64,000 bases of DNA from Phoronis australis (lineage: Eukaryota; Animalia; Phoronida). Positions 1 through 11,455 of the stretch are shown piece by piece; position 1 is the stretch's first letter; each line of letters starts with the position of its first letter. The notes below the pieces were generated by a model that had not been told where the DNA came from, made no database searches, and saw only the letters and a program-made list of their open reading frames with translations. The DNA lies in NCBI GenBank assembly GCA_002633005.1, contig NMRA01000107.1, forward strand, positions 227,492-291,491, written 5' to 3'. Made by a program: the position numbers and the translations under genes.

Positions 1-533
1 TCTAACTCGGCTTGAATGGTGTGAAGTGCACCTGCAAATGGGTTCCTATTAAGATGAGCTCAACTGACGTTGATTCTCGAACTGGTTGAGCTATGGGACC
101 CTAGTGATAATTTAGCTTTTCTTTACGTTTGTCTCTGTCTACCCAACTCCTTGACGGACTTTGAAGGGAAATAGGTTTTTCTTAAGGGGATGATGACAGT
201 CATTTACTCGTTCCCATTGTCGGTGGATTTAAGATATCATGTGCAACTGTAACGTTTATGTTTTGTAATCTGCCAGGAAGACATTGGTAATGTCCGTTCC
301 TGGCCTAACCAGCACACTCTTTCTTCGTCGTTCACTGCATGGGCCCCATTGCTGAGCATTCTGTGTCGAGTCATGATGAGGATTTCTTAGGGCTACTGAA
401 AATTTTATGTTCTTGAAAATCTTTAGTTAATAGTTCATATTTCTCATTTTCCACTGGATGCTTCCACGCTAGTGACCCATCTCATTACTGACTCAGGGTT
501 TCAGCTTTTTTGCCCGAATCTGGGGTTGGGTCA

Positions 534-612
534 CATGGGCGGCGCAGCACTGAAAAAGTCGCGAGGAGGGGCTATAGCCCCCCACTGAGCCCCCTATGGT
601 GCGCCGCCTATG
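534..612. mobile_element. Short MITE, CATGGGCGGCGC family
   Basis: Ends CATGGGCGGCGCA / TGCGCCGCCTATG. Related copies at about 2333-2398, 43211-43280 (inverted) and 48166-48210. Confidence 0.6.
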
Positions 613-912
613 GCCCATGGTTCAGTGATTTGCCAAGATTGACATGTTGAAAAAAAACTATTATACTCGGCCTGTCGTTACTGCACGTTGGTTCCTACTG
701 CTGAAGTCTGCTCGAGTTCAGAGATTGACAATTAATAAATTTAGCCGCTCCTGCGCCAAAGATTATCATGAGTAATGCCTTGTACGACCTTATCGACAGT
801 GCTAGATGAGCTTGTATTCGGTTTAATATATTATCCTCAAAACTATAGAATTTAACTCAAGAAAATGATAATATGTGCTCAGGCCCCAGATCGCGGCGTT
901 CCGCTTTTTTCT

Positions 913-975
<63 letters not shown>

Positions 976-3039
976 NCCCCCCTTATGGTATCCTAGATCC
1001 CCCACTGTTTTGAAAGTATAGAAAACCAGTAGAATTTGACTTTAGCATTACCAGGATGCCCGGCTAAACAATCGCGACAACATAAAAGCTCGACTTTACG
1101 GGGTTTCCCAACATTCACGATGACACTCAAGTTCCATCAGTTAACACAACGTGAATGTAGTACTCACAGGCCGTAGGCCTAAGTATCACTTGGCCAAAAA
1201 TGTCGTTACAACATTACCGGTACTATACTTCTCCTCAGCCGGTAACTTCACCTTCACTGAAACGCCCAAAAGCATCCGCTGTTATCACGAGTCAACTTGT
1301 TTTCTAATTTTTTTAATGTTTCATTGAAAAGCTACTTCTGCTGCCGGGATGAACTTTCACGACTTTTGTATGCCATCTGCACCAGCCCAATGAGGTGCAA
1401 TAGACAAACTTCTTTTTTCAGGACAAATCACCTTTTCGTCTCACTTTGCAAAAGGTCTTTTGTTTTTTATGTCACAGAACGCTGATTTTGACAGTCCTGA
1501 AGTCAACGCGTGAACGCGGCGACCACGAAGTACGTCGTGCTCTTGAGTTTCAATGAGCGGCGTAATCATTTACAATAACCGCAAACCGTAGGCCTATGAA
1601 GTATGATCGAACACGGGAACCCTGGCGTATTTTCTGTTGTTTAAATGAAAAGAGCGAACACTTCAAGTGAATTAGCGGTCTCATGATGGGCAGGGTCTGA
1701 AACGCGGTCCGCTCAGGCTCACTCAACTTCCCATTGACGTGCAGGAGATATGTGCATAATAACCAGCCCACTGACCGCAATACACATAATAATATGTTTA
1801 GCCCGGCTGAGGGCCTCGGCCGAGCTGCCGCCATAGCCTGGGCCTACCTACACAAGCCAGCACCCTGACTCGGGCAAACTGTCCGGGTAGACGGCAAAAT
1901 GCCGCGTGACGGAAGCGTTTTGAATCAGAAGCACAGTTTCAAAATTGTTACCAATTTAGTTGTCATTGTAGTTTATAGTATAATACTACCGGTATATCTG
2001 CAACAGTTGCTGTTGCCCATCCTTGAATATCTTTGACGGGTACAGGCCTATGCTCAGTCTTGCCGTGGACCCTTTGGCGAACCCTGCGCCCCCCCCCCCC
2101 CCCGGCCCCCCGCAGCTACGGGCCTGCCTGGATAATGTAAGACAAAGGCTTAATTCAGCTAGTTGCTTATAAAATCGCCAAAGCTAGCGGGGTGAGAAGC
2201 CAGCTAGTTCAGATACCCTTAACTTATAACAAACGATCTTTGTCTTTTACTCAGTACACTTTTGTCCAGTAGTCCGGCGACTTCTCGCCGCATTTCTTGA
2301 TATTCCTTATTCACTGTTTGTTCTCACAGTCACTGCGGCGTAGAACTGAAAAAAGTGGGGCGGGGGAGGGGGCTATACCCCCAGCCCCCTATGGTGCGGT
2401 ATATATTTCTTATCAGTGCAGCGCTGTTAGACTAACTAAAGTACGGGCTATATATAGTCCTACTGTATGTTTAATTTTGTAGGCCTAGTAGGCTAGCTAA
2501 GATATGAACAAAACCTATACTTTTTGAAATCTGGGGGAGACCTAATGCGTTGATTTTATGATGTTGTATGTATATGTCTTTTGTTATTCGTGTAATATAA
2601 AAGGCAACTGAAAAGTAACTCGTTATTTGGCTTATCAGGACTTGACCATCGCGCGTAGTCCTGCATCATGCAGACCTCGGCGATGTCGAGTGTCACTGCG
2701 TTTCTTCTAAAAGATGTCGCATCAATCGCTTACTAAGCTATTCCGTGATCTTTACTTTCGGGTTCGATCTACTTTTTTAACAAAAATTGTAAATTTAGAC
2801 TTAAAACTTGCATTTTAGTTTCTTTATATGTAAAAAATTCGGGTTGTTTTTACATTTTTTGCTTTTGATCTCTATATAATGTTGTTTTATGCTTAAACAT
2901 ACATATAGGGGGCGTATGGAAATTACATTCAACGGCAAGAAAACAGTTGGGAGTTTCACAAGCTCGTTGCAAACCAAGTGGTTTGTTGTGATTCCATTTC
3001 TTGGCGGCGAACTTCATCGTCTGAGGCTGAATTGACATC

Positions 3040-6000
3040 ATGGGAGTAACTAGAAGAAACATTTTTGATAGGCAGTCTGTGATTTTTGAAGAAGATTTGC
3101 TGTAAGTGTAGAAGTGCTGTACTGCTGGCTCTGCTTTTGGAGTTGGCAGCCGGTTGGGACTGGGAGCGCGGGTTGTCAGTGTTGTCATGAGTGATCAGGG
3201 TGTTGGACGAGTTTGATAGAGGCACCCGTCCTTCATCACGTCTGCAGATCTCGATCTTCATGTATTATTTGCATAAAAACATGTGTTATATGAGAGTTAT
3301 TTTCTAAAGCGTGGCGTGTTCTAGAACGAGGCGAGTTTTAAAGAAAACATTTCATGTGTGCCTGTCATTGAGTCCCTGAGTGATTCAGTGACTGAATGAC
3401 AAGCCAATCACATATAACCTATATAGCCAGTGTTTCCTTTGCAAGCCCTTTCAGTTTGGAGTCACACACATAAATTACTGAACATGGAAAGAACTTTGAA
3501 CATCGAATGAAACCTGCATACATACACACTTATCATGACTCCGGTGGCATCATATCCAGAGTGTATGAAGACGATCATCAAAATACCTAGGAACCACTGT
3601 GCGTTAAGCTCGAATAGACCTGGAAATTTCACACCGTCCATTGTAGTTCTACTCATCACCTAGTCCATGAAAACATGTCACAGTTCACTCGAGCTTCTCT
3701 CACTTCCGGGTGCCATATTGGGGAAGTTATGCGAAATCTGATGCCTGTTGACGAACAAGAAGTCCAAGGGACACAAATGCATATCTTCCTATGCTATATT
3801 TTGCAAGTGCCATGCGCCAGGTCACTGGCTTCACTCAGTCTTGCGTTTGTCCTTGTCTAACTCGTCGGTGATGTCAATTGAAATACTTAATTTTTGTTTT
3901 TATTGTGCGCAGTGAAAATGTTCACAGCGATCAAAAAATTAGATTTGGAATTCTTAGCCAAAATCACCTAAGTGGCTCTGCCAATGGTGTTTGGTGACCT
4001 TAGTTGCCATTTGGTGACCTGGGAATTTTGATAGGTCCCATTTGATGAGTTGACGCTGTGCTAAACGTCGAGCCCTGCACCGGCTGCTCCACTTGGTGAT
4101 TAGATGTAAAACTATCAAAGAGACAGCAAGTTAGTTGGTTGCCATCTTATAATCAGTAGAGCTGCTCCATCTGGTGGTTTTATGTAAAAGCATCGGAGGG
4201 ACAGATAGCTACGTAGTTGGTTGTCGTCTAACAACCAATAGCTGCTTCACCTGGTGGAGAGGTTGTGATTTAGTTGGTTCGGTTGGCATCTGTTAATTCA
4301 TAGCCACCCCCACCTCATGTTGAATTGTAAACCAATCAGGGAAAAACGCTTCCTGTCGTGGCCTTTTGATGAATGGAGCTGAAGTAATACACATATTAGT
4401 TGTTTGATCTTTGTCTGTCTAAGTTTTGGACATGTATGTTTTGCTGTCAGTTGTTATCTCATGAATTGATTTTGTTGTATTGCAGAATTGCATCAGATGT
4501 AGAGCCTGATGCCTCCAATGTTAACACCCCAACTAAAAGTGTGAAAAAGAATGTCCGCAAGAAAAATCCAGCTTCACCCGTGAACTATGCCAAGACCAGT
4601 GGAAGAAAGGCTAAAGGTTGCAGGGCTTCTAGGAGATATGAAAACTGTAAGTGGACTATTGGCTGGAAATTTTCAATTTTATGGCCAAAAACACATTTTT
4701 GGGATTATTCTTGGCTAGAGCTGAAAACTACATATGTATACTATCAAGCTCCTTGCATGTAAGTTACTATCATGTAGATGACACCTAGCACATTTCAAAT
4801 GGACTTGACTTTTGTTAGTTGACTTACGTCACCCTGTGGTTGTTTTAAATTATTTTTGTGTCATTTCTTTGTTTTCTACTGCACAATCCTTTGAACTGCT
4901 TAAAGATGAAAGGTGGCAGGCATGTTCTTGTTTAGGAGAACAGCACTGCTGACTTTCTTTGCGCCTATGAGAGGCTATTTTAAGCTTACTAATAACAGTA
5001 GCATCAGCAGTAGCAGTAGCATCAGCAGTAGCAGTAGCATCAGCAGTAGCATCAGCAGTAACATCAACAGTAGCAGTAGCACCAGCAGTAGCATCAGCAG
5101 TAGCATCAACAGTAGCAGTAGCATCAGCAGTAGCAGCAGCNAGCAGTAGCATCAGCAGTAGCAGTAGCAGTAGCATCAGCATCAGCAGTAGCAGTAGCAT
5201 CAGCAGTAGCATCAGCAGTAGCAGTAGCAGTAGCATCAGCAGTAGCAGTAGCATCAACAGTAGCAGTAGTAGAAGTAGTTGTAGTTGTAGTATTGGTTGC
5301 AGTGTTTAAAATAATGATCAGCCACTGTATCTGCGCTCTATACAACGTATAAGGTGGGCACATATTAATGCTCTGCGTTTCCTATCGTTAGAGTATTTAA
5401 CATTGAGTCCATTCACTGTTTTTATGTGATGTAGGTTATGGACAGAGAGATTTTCTGATTGTATCACTTCAAATCTTTTAACATTTTACTTAATTGACAC
5501 TGAATGGGGCGCTGATGCTGTTTATTTTTAGTGCCTCAGAAATTTTGAAAATTTTGAAATTGAAGATTTTTGATAAATGATGTCTGAAATTATAATAATT
5601 GCAATTGTATTATGGGATTGCTATGTCTTGCGTTAGATCAGTCCTTCATTGGTTGTCTGTTTGTCTAGTACACTACCTGCTGAGTATGACGGAGAACGAA
5701 GAGTTTGGAGAGTTGGACATCACTGACTTTGTGGAGCCGAGTAGAAGTGTTTTTGGCAGTCTGCTTGTTGAGCAAGAGAAGATGCAGGTAGGTCAGCTGT
5801 ATACAGGGTTCAGTGTATACATCATTCTGTGTTTACATCGTTCAGTGTATACATTATTCAATGTTTATGTGGTAGAAAAAGTTTAATTGGTGTAGAGAAA
5901 TTATCAAAAAGAAAATGTGTAAATATGTTTAGATTGGGGTTTGGACCCTTGACACTGGTTTGGTGTTGCATTTTTCGCAGCGTGCTTCACCACTAAGACA

Positions 6001-9000
6001 CGGAGTGAGAGATATATTCTTTACTTTTGCTATGTTCCCATTTCTTATAGTTATGGCTGGAACCAGGTCTGGGTATTATTGGCGCTCAACCTTTTAACAG
6101 GGCTGATAGTAGCGAAACAACACAATAGTTGCAGTGTAAATGTTTATTGCATCCTTGGGGAAAAACCTGATTCAATGCGAACAGACTGGGTGATATTCAG
6201 GTATAGATAAGCGGATGTGATGGCAACTGCTCACAAAGATGATCCACTATACTTTTGACAGTCAAAACAACAATGACACAAACACACCTGAAGGTCAATT
6301 TATGCAATACTGAATAACCACCAAGAACTGGAAATAACCAGACCAGGTTTCAACACTTTGTGGAGCTTTCCTAGTGATGCCTAAATGATGCCAGACTTAA
6401 AATTAGAATTACTGGTCCCTGAGAACCAGTCACCGACGAGGCTCTCTGTACCACTAGATGGGTCATTTCACCACTCAGGAACAGATTAGGGTAAGTTTTG
6501 TTGTGCTAAATACCCCTTTAATTCAATTGAAGACATAACATATTGTAAGTTGTCATGTCTCCAATTGGCCAGGCGCCCCTGTTACAATATATTGTGTGCT
6601 TCTCTTGTCAGATCTGGAATGAGTTCATCAACCAGTCTGAAGAGGAGCAAGAGAGACTGCTCACTAAGTCTAAGGGTCTCAAAGCCAGCCAGAAGGGTGC
6701 AGAACCTGTCCATAATGAGACATTGGCCTCGTGGGACTTGCTGCCTGATTTTAGAGAAGGTACTTCCTGCACCAGTGTTCACCATGTACTTCCAAATTCT
6801 AAGGTCCTTTTCAACATCTTGGGGTCCATGAAGACAGTTCATAAATCATCAGATATGACCACCAATGTGTGTTGGGAAATGTTATAGTTTGGCATTACTT
6901 TTATTGCAGGAAACATAGAGGAAGTTGATTAATCCAAAAAATGAAAGGGGTGTTTTTATTTCTCATTTGCTTGCAACTTATGAAAATTGCATCCATAGAG
7001 ATGCAGCCACATATTCAGAATCAGTGTCTTCTTTAGGTACAGTGATGTACAATGTTTTTTTGAAAATACCAAGTCTCCATGGTGTAATGGAGTGTTTTCT
7101 GAACCAAATTTGATATTTGATTGGCTTGTTACATTCGAGGCTGTTTGTTCAGTGCAATGGGGATTCTTGTCAGAGTCTTCAGAGTGCTGGTGTATAGACT
7201 GGCATGGTAGAGAGAGGGGGGCCCTGTCCAGGTGTTGGATGGTGTTGTTTCTGTTTGCATGAAGTACTAAGATTTTTGACAGTTTAGCTAGGCTAAGCAC
7301 AGAAGCAACAATGAATACAGGTCATTTTTCACTTAGGAAGAGCCCAAATACTCATGAACTATCAAAGTGATCATTTCCGATTGTGTGTCTTGACGACTCT
7401 TCAAACCTCCCTTCCCATCATGCATTGCAGCTCATCCTGCGTATTCAGCCAAAGAGTGCTTCCAGCGCATTGATAGCAATCTGAAGGGTGTTCTTCGCAG
7501 GGGACAGTTCCCAAAGGTGAGAAAATCAAGACCTTGTTACCTGCTAGCAATTCTGGTGGAAAGGTTGTAGGAATTTGGAGTCACAAAAATTAGTCTCTTT
7601 GTGTAGTTTTTGGTAAAAGGATGTGGAAATATCTAGTTTACAAGAATTAGTTAAAATGAAATGCCTCACATGAATAGTTAGGTACACAAGTCTGGTTGTA
7701 GTTGAAATTAACACTTCATGATTTATAGCATCATTTCCTCCGACCTCATGACCTGAACATGTCGATTAGATTTAAGAAACTGATCTCCAAATTTTGCTTG
7801 TCTGTACTCAAGTAACAATAACTTAATTCTACTGCTGAAATAACTTGAGAGATCACCTGTGATTGGTATAGAGCTGCTCAATCTTGGAAGGGTGGGTGAA
7901 CCGTGTTAAAACTGATGTCACTTGAGTAACCTGGATATTAGTAAGTTGCATTTCTGGTGTTGAGTGAGGCAGAAATGTCCCTATTTCTGAAACGTATCGT
8001 CTTTGATGCAACATACAGGTGGTAATTGGTCACTCGGCTCTTCCAAGCTGAGGTGAATTCTGGAGAGGATGTGTCCCATTCATTTTGCATGATCAGGAGT
8101 ACAGTTTAATGAATAGTGTTTCTTATGCTCTGCGCAGACTGATACTCTTCACAAAAATTAGTTTTAAAAACAAAAATGGCATGTGCAATAAATGCTACTT
8201 CTTCAATAGGGGACGTTAGTCAACATGGAAGAAGAGTTGATATCAATGTTTGTTGAGTGCTCCAACTCAGTACTGGTGTATCGTCTCAACAGCAGTTATG
8301 AACGATTACTACTGCATGCCCTGTGTCAGTATATGGACTTGACGTCTCATAGTAAGTGCTTATTTTTAATAACGAACTACGTCCTAGTTAGAGATTCACT
8401 CATCTGTATATTCAATTATTCTTAAAACGTTCTGTTTTATGTTTTTGTGGATTGTATAGTTGAAATACATTCCTTTTACATAAAGACAACATCGTGATGA
8501 AAGTTTTACATTGTTGTATAAAATAAAACACAAAAGGCGTTAAAGCTCAGTAACCATATATTTATGTGGGTGCATATTGCCGGCATCTCTGTCTGGGTGT
8601 ACATCTGCTGCTTCTAAACTCCTTGCATGAACTTTTTGAAATTTGAGAGGTGTGTCGCTATGAGGCTGACAACAGATGACAGCGACTTTTGGGTGGATCT
8701 GACTACCACACTGCCTCCTAGTGGCATTTTTATTTTTTTACATTTGCCTCTGTATCTTCTGAGTTCCTTGACAGACTTCATGAACTTTGGCAGGTTTCTG
8801 TTAAGGCAATTTTAATTTAGACTTCTGTCTTCCAAACCTCTCAAAAAAATTGAACGAAAATTGGCACGTCTTCCCATTGAGAGTATGGCTGTCGTTGAAC
8901 TTCGGATGGACCCGAATACGGTGCTGCCGTCTAGTGACAATTTGTTATTTGCTTGTTTTGGGATTTTGCAAAATTAATGTAGCAATGGACTAACAGTTGA

Positions 9001-9247
9001 ATATCACACATATATTGGTTGAAATGTCTACTTTGACATCTAGATTCTTCCGAGTTCATTGGTTTTGTTGTAGCGAAATGGTGCAGATGCATGTAGCTAG
9101 TTTTACTTTTTTGTTTCAGGTTATTACAGTGATCAAGTTAGACATACTCAGGTGGAAAACCGGAATGCTCATTTTGTGTTACCAGATTCTCCATTATCAT
9201 CATACCTTGAAATCAGGAGAAAAGTCACTAGCAAGACAAAATTATAG
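3040..9247 (+). CDS. R3HDM4: R3H domain-containing protein 4 (R3HDM4), 7 coding exons, 281 aa
   Basis: Exons 3040-3101, 4486-4646, 5669-5787, 6612-6759, 7431-7516, 8210-8351, 9120-9247. All introns are GT-AG with compatible phases (846 nt, ends TAG). Peptides GRKAKGCRASRRYEN, IWNEFINQSEEEQERLL, HPAYSAKECFQRI and SSYERLLLHALCQYMDL (RxxxH R3H core) match remembered R3HDM4 (KAKGRKSLQRLEN, VWNDFMNRSGEEQERVL, PAYTPRECFQRI, SFERLLLHAVCQYMDL). Exon 1 rests only on ATG, donor and phase fit. Confidence 0.92.
4084..4340. repeat. Degenerate 78-80-bp tandem repeat, about 3 units, in R3HDM4 intron 1
   Basis: CTGCT(C/T)CA(C/T)(C/T)TGGTG at 4084, 4162 and 4242, each followed by TAGTTGGTT. Confidence 0.7.
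4996..5292. repeat. Compound trinucleotide microsatellite (AGC/AGT/ATC) in R3HDM4 intron 2
   Basis: Directly visible; contains an N at 5141. It explains the poly-Ser, poly-Leu and ATAT ORFs in the track. Confidence 0.95.
8555..8960 (-). repeat. Same multi-subunit repeat family, opposite orientation (R3HDM4 intron 6)
   Basis: Reverse complement contains ACACCCAGACAGAGATGCCGGCAATATGCAC, versus ACACCCAGACAGAGATGACGGCAATATGCAC at about 12695-12725. Confidence 0.65.
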
Positions 9248-10870
9248 CACTTAGCAGCTACTGCTGTTTGTGAACGAACGACAGCTACAGGTGGCGCTAC
9301 CGTATATGTGTGTATTTTGGCTCATTCGTCAGTATTCTAAACTGCCAAGCTGTGCTTATCCACAACTAGGTGCATATGCCTACACTAAGCATTATGAGTA
9401 AAGCGGTGCTTGACAGGCACGCTGTGGATATAGGCACACCCCATTTATTTTGTTAAATAGTGTCACCTATTTGGCACGTTGAATTTAGTGGAGAATTTTT
9501 CCAATGATATAGGCTTGCATGATGAGCGTAAACGTACTGTTTGTACTTGTATTCAATATCCAACTTAATTTTTAACTCTTTAACTCTGATTTTCAACTGA
9601 AAACTCATTTTCACTGGTTTTACTAGGGCAGGTTAAAGTCTATCTAACATTTCTTTAATTTCCTTCCAAATATTATATACAACTTAGGTCTTCTTCAATA
9701 CTATTTCTGTTCATCAGATATGGAAACGTGAAAGCCAATAATCATTCCTGTATTCCTACTAGTTGGTAAAGTTCACAAGCGAACCTAGAGCGTCTTGTCT
9801 GTGTTCATCTAGGAAATGTGTTGTGAAACCAAGTTGCCTAAAAGTGTTTTGTATGGACAATATGATGTGCTTTTGTGAGAGGACAATATGCATGCCTGTA
9901 TCCACATCAAGGCATGCACCTGAAAAGTACTCTTGCACCTATAACTTAGTCGCGTGTGCCTGTATGCAAAAACCTAATTAGATATTTTTTTAAAAGTGCA
10001 TTATTTCACAAGTGGACGCATGGGCCTAAATACTGTATACACGGTAATAATTTATTACATATCTACACGTATGTATGAGTGATTTCAATACCTGGTGGGA
10101 TGTATGTTATTACTATTCTTAGTAAATGTTCAGTCATTTGATTTTAATGGTAAATGGGGTGTTCTTGATTTTAGGATTTCTCATACAATTTGAAAGGAAG
10201 AATGTCAAGTCGGTTTTAATCTGTTTTTATTCATGATTTATCTTCTCATTTATTGTTCTTGTTTTACCTGCAGGTAATTAGTTGTGTTTGAACTTTTATA
10301 GGCCTATTGTCAAATGACTAGTGTTTTTACATTATCATGTTAGTTCAGTTAATTGCCATGTGTACAAGCACAATACAGTAACTCTAGTTAACCACTCACT
10401 TTCTTAGCTTAGTTTTAAGAATATTGCTCTTAGTCATCATGGAGAGACACGACTGTGCTTTCATATTTAACACAAGATGGATACGTTATGGGGAAGAGGC
10501 TCGTAGTAAACGTACACTATGATGTAAAAGTGACAACGCGAAAAGTTAAAGGCTTTATTATTTTCCATAATGCTCTTGTTTTACGTGATTGTGGGCATTA
10601 CACTATTGCCAATGGCACCCGTCTTGGAGACAACCATTTTGAGTACATGCAGGACAGTTGATTATCTAATGTCTACACGAGTGAAACGAACAGAATTGTC
10701 TATGGATGTGGAACTGACATCATCAATAAACTAAAAAGTTTGACTTGTTTTCATCCAAATTTTGCAAGAGAAAGTTTCCAGTCCTACTATAATCTACTTT
10801 CTGAGAAAAGAAGACTGTTCTTATAACAATAACAAATTACAAAAGCCAGAGTATACAGTTTTGATGTTAT

Positions 10871-11365
10871 CAGGGCTTGGAATGACCAATGACAAAAAAC
10901 GCGGAAACTTTTACGGCCCAAAACATGCGCGCTACCAAGCCTTGAAATAGTCTATATGAATTTTTCGCCAAAAATCGGGAGGATTAAAAAAAAACGTTAC
11001 CACCATCAGTAGCATGCGTCTGCGTCCTTTTAGCTCGTCCGTCTACTCCCAACCCACACATTTCTGGCTGCAGAGCCATAGTATTTGTTGCCGCGGTTTA
11101 CAATAACGCGAGATGCCATTGAAAATCCCACCACGCTATCCCAGATGCCCCGGCAATGTTGACAATTTACGTTCCTCCGAAAAATAAACAGCAACTTCCG
11201 CTTTTCGAGGTGAACGTCGTCTGCAACGCCGCAGTAAGAAAGGAATTTGCCGCGGAAATTTTATATCAAATCTGATTTTTTTTACACGGAAATATAATAA
11301 AATGCGTGGACAGAACATTTGAAAAAAGCGGAAATCCGCGTTTCCGCGGAAAATTCCAAGCCCTG
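10871..11365. mobile_element. MITE with CAGGGCTTGGAAT TIRs between R3HDM4 and TCEANC2
   Basis: Perfect 13-bp TIR CAGGGCTTGGAAT / ATTCCAAGCCCTG, flanks TGTTAT/AGTTAT, subterminal CGCGGAAA repeats. Confidence 0.65.
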
Positions 11366-11455
11366 AGTTATTTAAGTACTACACAAATATTTCCAAGTCC
11401 TTACTATGACTTCCATTCAATACCACATGCACAACTTATCTAGAGCTTTATATCG

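Noticed and set aside
1-830. Ser/Lys-rich, protein-looking reading on the minus strand (possible decayed exon)
   Set aside because: The best frame I read has about 8 stops in 180 codons, similar to random expectation; no recognisable family or splice model.
823-1005. Poly-Lys ORF
   Set aside because: Translation of a poly-T run next to an N and a MITE end.
1500-1930. CpG-rich promoter-like stretch with a 94-aa ORF
   Set aside because: No linked coding exon could be identified, so neither a gene nor a promoter can be supported.
4850-5363. Poly-Leu, poly-Ser and Ala-Thr-Asp repeat ORFs (antifreeze-like)
   Set aside because: Frames of an intronic microsatellite with no exon boundaries.
7411-7430. 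TTCCCATCATGCATTGCA resembling a ZNF143/Staf site
   Set aside because: Coincides with the exon 5 splice acceptor and is far from any promoter; likely chance.
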